NCBI GenBank assembly: GCA_050613775.1
Contig: JBODTK010000132.1
Span: forward strand, 186,001 to 250,000
Reading direction: 5' to 3'
Origin: Neocallimastix sp. 'constans'
Taxonomy: Eukaryota
DNA: 64,000 nucleotides
Shown here one piece after another: positions 53,629 through 64,000 of the stretch (within the stretch, counting starts at the first letter, position 1; the number at the start of each line of letters is the position of its first letter). The translations under genes were made by a program, and so were the position numbers. A model generated the notes under the pieces. The model worked only from the letters and a program-made list of their open reading frames with translations. It was not told the DNA's origin and made no database searches.

Positions 53629-53893
53629 AATAAATATAATTTATTAAGATATTTATTAAATGATTAATAAATTAAAAAAATAATAAAAATATTATTTTTA
53701 TTTTTTATTTTTATTTTTATTTTTTATTTTTTATTTTTTATTATTTTTTATATAAATTAAATAAATATAATTTATTAAGATATTTATTAAATGATTAATA
53801 AATTAAAAAAATAATAAAAATATTATTTTTATTTTTTATTTTTATTTTTATTTTTTATTTTTTATTTTTTATTATTTTTTATATAAATTAAAT
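53629..53893. repeat. Exact tandem duplication of about 132 bp of AT-rich sequence
   Basis: ATAAATATAATTTATTAAGATATTTATTAAATG...ATATAAATTAA occurs twice head-to-tail. Confidence 0.75.
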
Positions 53894-53930
53894 AACTTTT
53901 TTATCATTTAATTTTATTCTATTACTATTA

Positions 53931-53982
<52 letters not shown>

Positions 53983-54034
53983 CCTAAAGTATTTATATAT
54001 ATATATATTTTAATGATTTTTTTTTATGTTAATG

Positions 54035-54101
<67 letters not shown>

Positions 54102-54115
54102 GATAGTTGATAAAT

Positions 54116-56473
54116 TTATGAATTATTATACTTGAATTTTTTATTAACATCTATTAATCCAGTATCATCTACTCTAAGTGTAGACATCTTTTGTAACATA
54201 CGATTTACATTTTTAACATTATTTATACTATTGTCTTCAGTAATTGAATTATTTTTCAAAGAAACATCTGTGCAATTATCGCACAATTTATCAGTGGAAC
54301 TATTATAAGATTGATCAGAGAAACTATCATAAGATTTATCGTATGATTTATCTATATTTCTTTCTGTATAGACTTTTTCATATGAACTAGAGGTTGAATT
54401 AAAATTTGATTGAATAAAGGATGTTATTGATGATTCCGTATTAAATGATTTATCATCATTTAAATTATAACTCTGATTAAAATTTAAAGATTTATTATCA
54501 TCGTTACAGTTTTTAATATCATTATTATTATTGTTGTTGCTGCTGTTTTTATTACTACTATAACTACTATTGCTATTGTTTGTATTAATAGAATTAATAT
54601 TTTTATGATAATTAATGGAATTTGATACATTTAGTTTACTAGGATCAATTATACTATTAATAGATCTGGTATATACTTTTTGTGACTGTGAAGTTGGAAA
54701 ATAGAAGGAACCCTTTGACATTTTTTTCTTATGTGATAAAGAGTTCCTATTATATTGACTTGAACTATCATTTTCTTTTCCCGTATTAAAGTAAAATGAA
54801 CCCTTAGATTCCTTACTTTGATGGGAATAAGAAATTCTACTATACTGACTAACGCTTTCACTTTCATCTATTAAATAATCAGAAGTTAATTTATAATTAT
54901 TACTTTTAATATTATATTCTTTATCAGTTCTGAATGGAGGTAAAGTCAATGTATTAGGAATTACATCTTTCATTTTATGATTTAACAAACTATTATTTTC
55001 TTTATTATGTATTATTACATCTTCGTCTTCATTTTCTTCAATTTCTTTATTATTATAATTATTATTACTGTTATTATTTAGACCAAATTCATTTGTATTA
55101 TCCCTTAATGAAAAAGAAGTATTATACTCGACATCTTCGAAATCACTATTTAATCGTACTTTATCAGAATATGGATTGGCTAGATATGGACTTAAAGTAG
55201 GAGATACTATTTTGATAGGACTACTAAGAGGATAATCATATGAAGATACTAACTTTGTAGGACTACCTAATGGTGTATCATAAGGGGAATAATAATTAGG
55301 AGAGTCCAGTGGTGATATTATACCACTTCCCATTCTATTATTATTTTCATATGTTCTTTTAATATTATTGGATAAGGTTGGATCGTCTTCTATGTTTGTA
55401 TTTGAACTTTCACCACGAGAATACATGAAATAATCGGGACTTTCAGTTTTCAAATAACTAGTGTATGTATTACTTGTATTTTCCATATTAGTTGAAACAA
55501 AGAGATTTGAAGGTTTTGTTACACTTAAAGGATCATTTTTGAATATTCTATTTTTCTTTAAATTTATATAATTATCTCTATTATTTGTTAATTGATTATT
55601 ATAATCGCCAAAGTTTGAAATTAAAATTCTATCAAAATACATAATATAATAGCCAGCATTTCTAAGTAAAATTCTTAATAGTTCAAAATTGAATGTTATT
55701 TTCTTTCGTGCTTGAAAGCCTAATGGTATAATTGTTAATGATGATAATATCTGAAATATACATAATATTTGTATTCTATTTATATAATATAATAAAATTA
55801 TATTATATATATATATATTATAATAAAAATTAAATCTTAATATTCAATAAATCCTAAAATATAAATTTTTTATTTAAATTTCCATATATATATATATAAT
55901 TATATTTAATTAATACATATAAAATATAAAGCTGAATTTACCTATATGGTGAATTGAGTTTAAACTTTTTATAAATTGATTGTTTTTTAATATCTTTTTA
56001 TATTTTTAAAATTGTATAATAATAAGATAGATTTTTATATATTAATATTATTTTTTTTTTAATATTTCAAGCAAACAAATAAACAAATAAATAAATTAAA
56101 TAATAAATATTATTAATAGAAATATTTTTTAAATACCTTTTTTTGAAACAGGATAATTCGCTTTTTTTAATATTATCATACATAATAAGTAATATAAAAA
56201 TGATCCAATACAAATGATATATTGTAAATTTGACCATACAATCCAAAATTCACTATGAATACATTTCTGAATTAATTTATAAGTAATAAAAGTGGAACAA
56301 TTATCATAGTTAAAATGAAAATGAATTATTGGAAGAATCTTTGTTATATTAAAAAATAAGCAAACACAAGCTGATAATTTTTTATAAAAGCTATGAGGAA
56401 CATATTTATATATAATATAAATAGGATACCTTTAAAAGAAAATATACATATATGTATTACAAATGTATTTCAA

Positions 56474-56509
<36 letters not shown>

Positions 56510-56905
56510 TAATATTAAGATATTAAAATATAAATAAAAGTTCATAATTTTAAAATATAGATATATATATATGAAAAAAACATACCAATCACCAACAATT
56601 TCAGATAAATAACTTAATAATATAACTAAAGTATCATATTTTTTCCATTGATCCTCCCTATCTAATAACTTTTCTGCAGCAAAATAATAATAATGAATTT
56701 GATCTATCATACCGCCAAGTGAATATAAAACCCAATGCATTATTATTATAAATTCTGGTACTGTATGATAATTACCTTTTGCAAATATTATACATAATAT
56801 CGTCCAATAAAATAAAGGATTATGTACTGGTACATTTAATATTTGACAGGTTACAATAATGTAATTCATTATTTTATAAACTAATTTCATTTCAAGTCCC
56901 AACAT
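54116..56905 (-). CDS. Four-exon multi-pass membrane protein (7TM/GPCR-like) with long Ser/Asn-rich C-terminal tail, about 774 aa
   Basis: Phase-consistent GT-AG model: 56586-56905, 56137-56429, 55942-55993, 54116-55775 (2325 nt). Several hydrophobic segments; motifs SEIVGDWYP, KKFKLNSPYRI and YIMYFDRIL; SP-rich tail. The receptor call is inference. Confidence 0.7.
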
Positions 56906-59074
56906 TTTTGTATATATATATATATATAAATTTTTTTTTTTTTTGGAATGAATAAAGGAGGGAATTATAAAATATATATGATATATGACATATGATATAT
57001 ATAAATTGTTTTTCTCAAATTAATATCCTTTATTTTATTCTTTCACTTTTAAATTTCAAAGTTAATTCTATGATTTATTTTTTTCTTTTCCTTATTTTTA
57101 ATTAATTTAAATGCTTTTATTTTGTTAAAGAAATATCTTTAATATTATATCTTTAATATTCCTTTTTTTAATATTCTATTAGTATTAATTAATTTTATTA
57201 ATTATTTTTATAAAAATAATAGATAAAATATTATAAAATTACTTTTTTTACTATTTCTAAAAAAAAATATAAAGATACAAAAGAAAAGAAAAAAATAAAC
57301 TAATACTACTTTTTTTAAAATATTTCTATATCATTAATATTATAAAATATAGTATTATATATTATATGATAATATTTATGAATGTATAATTTCTTTAATT
57401 ATGATATTATAATAATATTTTAAAATATCTTATTATTGGTATTATTTTATCGAGTCTTTTCTGATATTGTTATAAATGTTTATATTAATTATTTTCACGT
57501 TTTAAAGAAGAATTAAAAATATTTAAATTATCATATAGTATATTGATTAATGATTATTTATTAAATTATTAGGTATATATAATTTTTTATTATTATTGTT
57601 TTATTTCATAAATTTAATAAATAGATATACTTTATAAATAATTTCAATATATACAATGAATAAATTTCAAAATCTATAGGAAAGAAATCAATCAAAATAC
57701 CCATATACATTCATAATAAATTTAGAATAAATAAAAAAGTATTTTAATAAATTTTTTAAAAAAAAAAAAAAAAAGGAATTTTATTTATATTTATAAATAA
57801 AAACTTTCTTAGTTAATAAATTTAAAATTATTATATTACTTCATTTAAAATAATTATTTTATAAAGTCCAAAATAAATTATTTAAAAATATTAATTATTA
57901 AACTTTGATAACTTTTAATATTCCATATTATTACAAGACAAAACTCAATTTTTAATAAATATTTTTATATTAAAAAAATACAAATAATATATAATGTAAT
58001 ATTTGTATTAATATTGAACAATATATGAAATAATAGTAATAATGGAATACACTATAAATACTTAATATTTTTATAATTAATATTTTTTAATATTATATAT
58101 GAATGATTAATATTATCATTTCTATTATTGTTTGTGATATATTTATAATACATGGTGGAACAAAGTGAAAATAGTATTTTATGTTATTTAAACATATGAT
58201 CTATGTATTTATATATAATTTTATATAAAATATTTTAAATATATATATATATTTTTTATGATAGAATATATTATATTAATATATATTATTATTGATATTA
58301 CGATATTTTAATTTTATATAAAAGTATAATTTTTATGTACTTTTATTTAGAGTATTAAAATAATGATAATTTATTAATAATAATAATATTATCAAAAGGA
58401 AATACAGTTATAAAGATTTCTTTGATTCTGATAAGCAATAAATTAGAAAATAATATTAATATAATATTTTAAATTTTATATTCCTTTTATTCCTTTCTTG
58501 AAACATTTTTTCTTTTTTTTATTTTTTATTTTTTATTTTTTATTTTTAATTTATTTTAAATTAAATATCACTTTTAAGTTATATTAAAAAGTTTATTTAA
58601 TACTATTATTATTCTAACTCATTAATCTTATTGATTAATATTCTATAAAGTTTTTTTCTATAATATTCAATTTGAAAATGAGACAATTTCTTCTTAAACA
58701 CTTAGTATAAATTATGATTAATGGAATTGAAACTTTTTTTTTTTTTTTTTAATTCCTGTTAAGATATGATACGAGAATGATAGAAATAAATTATATTTAA
58801 AAGGTATTGTTCATTGTTTAATTGTATATGGGGCAATTTTTAATTTATTATAAAAATTATATAGTAAAGTATTATATATAGTACTAAAATATTTGTATAT
58901 AATACTTTATATAATACTTTACTATATTATATATATAGTACTAAAATATTTGTATTAATATTAGAATTTGATATTACAATAATTATATATATTATAAATA
59001 AATAATTGTTAAATATATTTTTTTTTAATTGTAATGTATAAAATTTAATTATATTTGTTTATTTTGAGAATTGG

Positions 59075-59118
<44 letters not shown>

Positions 59119-62100
59119 TTAAAAAGTAATTATTTTATTTAAAAAAGTATAAAATAATTTGTGCAACGTAACAAATTCAGTTATTTAATATTTAAATAAT
59201 ATAAATAAATAAAAAATGTTTTTATCAATTATGAAAGGAAAGAAACACTATTTATTAATATTTTGAAATAAAATTTATATATTTAATTATAGTTTGATTA
59301 TTCCCATAATACACACATTAAAATATTTATATATATTAAAGTTTAAATGACTATATTTATTAATATATAAATATTTAAAGGCATATTATAATAAACAACT
59401 TAAAGAACAAGCGAATATATTAAGAAATATTATATATATAAAATTAAAATAATTTTTTTTTTAATTCATAAATATGTTAAATTAAAAAATTATTATATCA
59501 TAATTGATAATATTATATTGATATATTGATATAGAGTGAAACTTTAAATAATAATAAATTAAGAAGTATATTTAAAATCTATAAAACTTTAATATATTTC
59601 TTAATTTATTATTATTTAAAGTATAAAATTATTAAATAATTAAATAATATGAAATTATAGTAATAAAATTATAAGAAAAACTTAAAATATAATTATTGAA
59701 TATGCTAAATGATTTAATAGAAATAATTATTTTATAGGAAATTACTTTAATTTAGAGAATTAACATAGAAATATAATATAGTTCTTTAGGAAAATGATAT
59801 TTATTAGACATAAAAATCTAATAATAATAATAATAATAATAATTAAAGATTAGTAATTGTCCTGTAAAATTAGGAATATAAATTTAATATGTTCTATTAG
59901 AATTTTAGTATAGGTCTATCTATTACCTTTGATGATTAGTATTATAAAAAAATTTTTTCAATAAAGTCAAATATTTAAAACAAATATATTATATTTATAA
60001 AATAAATAAAAGTAAATAATTAAATTGATTAAATTATAATAAATAAAGGCGGGAAACATCAATAAATTTCCAACCTTTTAATATGTATATTATATAAATT
60101 GAAAAAAAAATATTTATGACAGGTCTGAATAATTATTATTATAAATATTTTATAAATAATAAATTACTCTTAATATAAAAATAATTTTTATGAATCCATC
60201 CTCAAAGAAATTATAATGTACTTTTTTTTTTTTTTTTTAAAAGGATACATAGATTTATTTTATTTATGACTATTAATATTAATACTATTCTTTATTTATT
60301 TATTACCAATAAAACTAACATTAACAAAATTTTTTTATTGTTTTGTTTTATTTAAAATTATTTTATTTTATTTTATTTTATTTATTAAATATATTGTTTT
60401 GTTAAATTAAAATTACGGTAGACATTAATTGTATAAATTAAATAATAAATAATAAATTAGAATAATAAATAATAATTCATCATCATTATTATTAATTGTT
60501 ATTTATTTACATTTGTGAAATATACCGGTTTATATATTAATTTATTAATGATATAATACCATTTAAAATTATCATTAATAAATCAATATTATAAAAAGAA
60601 AAAAATAATAATAATAATTTAAATATTTCAAAGATTATTTATTAAATATCAACTTTATCATTATAAATTAAAAATAAAATTTAATTATATGAATAAGACA
60701 AAACCACTTTATTTAATCGATAAATCATCCATATATTTATTTATGTTATTTAATTATTATAATATTATAATATATATATAATTATTTAAATATAATAATA
60801 TATATATACAAATTTTTTAAATAATTATATATATATATTATAATTAATTATTATTATAATATATATATTTAATTTCATATTTATTTATTTATTTTATATT
60901 TTATTTATTTGATTTGTTTTGTTTACTTAATAACATTATTAAAACATTTAATTATTTATATAAATAATATTTTATTTAAATATTTTACTCATTATTATTA
61001 TATAATTTATTTATATTTAATTAAACTATAAAATTATATAATATTTTTTAAAATTAAATTAAATTATGTAGTTTACCATGTATATACTATCAAATTTTTG
61101 TTTATGAAAATTGCATTAAATGCTTACTTTTTTATACAGATTAAATTATATATTCATATTTAACAAAGTTTAAAATATTTTTATAATAGAAGAAAAAAAT
61201 TCTTTTCTGTCTATTATTCTTTTCTTGATTTCTTATAAAAAAAATATTATTATATATATGGATAAACAAACATTTGTGCTATAGAAACTAATAATATTTT
61301 ATTTATATATAATATTGATTATGTGTTTTAGTATTATTAATAAAATTGATGAGTGTATACATTAAATAAATGTGTTTACTTTTATTTTTTGTTGGTTAAT
61401 GAAATTAAATTTCTAAATTTCTTTTATTATAAACAAATGTATTAATATAAGTATTTAGCTTTAACTTTATGAATCATTATTATTAATTCTATTAATATTA
61501 AATAAAAAAAGTTAATATATCTTTAATTATTATGTAATTTAAATTAAATAAAATATATTTCATTTAATACTTTATAATGAAATTTGTTATCTATTAGAAT
61601 ACCACCAAAACTATTGATCTAACATTATCTTTTCTTTTTTTAATATCTTTTTTTTTTTTTTAAAATTATATAAAGAACATAAAGATTGAAATACGGATTT
61701 TTTTTTTTTTTTATTTTATTCAATCTGTACTTATATTTATATTTCAACTATTTATTTTATTTTATTCACTGTACTTTAATTGTATTCATATTCTACAATT
61801 TATTTTATTTTTATTTTTTTGTTGTATTGTATGTATATTATTTCTCATTAGAATATTAGTAATATCATATGTGTTGCATTTTGTAATGCGGTTTTTGTAT
61901 TGTAGTAATTTAACATCATAGAATTTTTAATAATATTTAATACAATTATAAATAAGTAAATAAATATAAAGGTGTTGTTATTAAATATTCTAAAAAATAA
62001 AATATTTTCTTAATCATTTTATAACTAAAAAGACTGAGTAATTAATATTAATTTATTCATAATAAATAAATAAATTTAAATAATAAAAATAAATAAATTT

Positions 62101-62399
62101 AAATAATAAAAATAAATAAATTTAATATTAAAAATAATATATAATTGTATAAATAAAATAATTAAATATTAATAAATAATAATTAGATATAAATAATAAA
62201 TAATTTTTTAAGATCTAGCTAAAATTAATAAATAATAATTAGATATATATAATAAATAATTTTTTAAGATCTAGCAAAAATTAAACATTTGTACATTAAA
62301 GTATTATAAATATTTCATATCATTTTATTATGTGACATTTTGAATGTAAGAGTATAAAATAAATAATAATAATTAACCATACCTACATTAAAAAGCTGA

Positions 62400-63240
62400 A
62401 ATTATAAGATTGTTTTTAAAATAAGCATTAATTAATAATTGGAATATTTACCAAACAAGTGTAAACTGTTCAAGTTTAAATATTAAATTAAATAAAGAAA
62501 TATATTAAAAAAAGAAGTATGTTAAAAAAATTCCTATGTATGGTGAAGGAGAAAGAAAAGATAATGTGTGGAAACTAAAAAAAATCTTTATATGGACATA
62601 AACAAAGTACTTATTAATGGAAAAAAGAAATAAAAATTAAAATAATAGTCATTATTGCTTTTTATTAAGGGTATTGTTTAGAGAAGTCAATAGAAGTATT
62701 TCAGGAGCGCTACTATTATATATTGATGACATTTAAATTTTAGGAATAAATCATTTATATACGAAACCAAACAATACCTGATGAATAAATATAAATGTAA
62801 TATAATGGACTAGCAAAATACATTTTCTGGATAGAAATATTAAAGGATAAATATAACAATTATTGAATTACACAAAGGAATTATACATAAAAATTTAATT
62901 GATAAGTATTTAAATATATTATCATTAAGAGCTTTCGAAGTATCATAGCCTAGAATTATTAAACTAGAATGAGAATAAAGAATTAGAAAATAAAACTCTT
63001 TACAGGTCAGTAATTGGAGCTTTAATACATTTGTGTGAATTTACTCACTCGGATATTATTTTTACATCAAATTTACAAGCTAGGTTTTCCAATTATCCAA
63101 AAAAAAAAAAAAAAAAAAAAAAAAAACCCATACTAAATTAATTATAAAAACTTTAAGATATTTAATGGGAATTGTATATTGGGGAATAACATTTATTAAA
63201 GAAAAGGATTTCAAGTTTTATACAGACGCAGATTATAACA
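62400..63240 (+). pseudogene. Degenerate copia reverse transcriptase / RNaseH-start remnant
   Basis: WKLKK-SLYGHKQS, LLLYIDDI, YRSVIGALIHLCEFTHSDI and YTDADY, with many frameshifts. Confidence 0.85.
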
Positions 63241-64000
63241 TACCAATGTATAATTGGTGGAATCTACACATTTTCCTATTATAGCACCTTCGTAAGAACA
63301 AGTTCTAACAATATAAATTATTATTTTTTCATTTTCATTTGGAATTTTTATACAATACTCTTATTAATCATAACTCGCTTCAACACAAATATTATTTTTA
63401 CAATAGAAGCTTATAAGGTATTCATTTTGTATTTGCAACACTTGTTTTTTTTTTTTTTTTTTTTTTTTTTTGGTTAGTATGTCGCCACATTCACAGGAGT
63501 TAGCAAATTGAAGATAGAATGAATATAATAATGAGGATTATTAAAACAACTTTATTGCTCATTGTATATTATTTTAATAATTTTGTTATTATATAAATAT
63601 ATTAGAATAGTTAGATATTTATGATTAATATTATACAAAAAATCACATTAATTTGTACTATAGTACATATTATAAGATATGAGCGATTTTTTTATTTTTT
63701 AATGTAATATATACTTTATAATTTAGGCTTTTGTAAATTACTATTCCTTACAAATTTACTTTTGAGAAATATTCAACTGTAAATATTAGACATAGTATAT
63801 TCAATATAAATAATATAAAATAATTATATAAATTATAAATTAAAAAATTAAAAATATTATTACCTTTTATTTTATGTTATTGATCATTAATATTTTAGTA
63901 ATATCATGTGCCACTCTACCAATTATTTTAAATATAATTATTATTAATTAAATAAAAATATAATAATTTTATTTATATAAAACAATAAATAATGCTACCA

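Noticed and set aside
62160..62285. Two-copy ~56-bp tandem repeat (a similar small duplication lies at ~58870-58955)
   Set aside because: Ordinary local slippage in AT-rich DNA with no sign of function.
63250..63520. Cys-rich coding-like fragment on the minus strand
   Set aside because: Broken by stops and a poly-A run; no recognisable family.

Overview
Extremely AT-rich eukaryotic DNA. The GT-AG introns, long A/T microsatellites and intronless secreted glycoside hydrolases suggest an anaerobic gut fungus (Neocallimastigomycota); this is an inference. From left to right: (1) the 5' two-thirds of an apparently intact Ty1/copia LTR retrotransposon on the minus strand, whose primer-binding site matches the anticodon arm of tRNA-Lys(CUU); (2) a multi-exon Asn-rich/coiled-coil gene; (3) a ~6 kb zone of MULE, copia and gypsy debris that contains two co-oriented, intronless pseudogenes, a compact Rpb1/beta'-like RNA polymerase subunit and a poxvirus D6/D11-type SF2 helicase, read here as an endogenised large-DNA-virus or cytoplasmic-plasmid relic; (4) a ~33 kb array of dockerin-less GH10 xylanases, with 3 single-domain genes, 3 double-domain genes and 2 pseudogenes, showing inverted and tandem duplication, apparent gene conversion, a shared TATA element, acidic EDSAD tails and one (NGKG)14 tail; (5) a 4-exon multi-pass membrane (7TM-like) gene; (6) a decayed copia RT remnant. 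All family assignments come from motif recognition by eye; no database searches were run.
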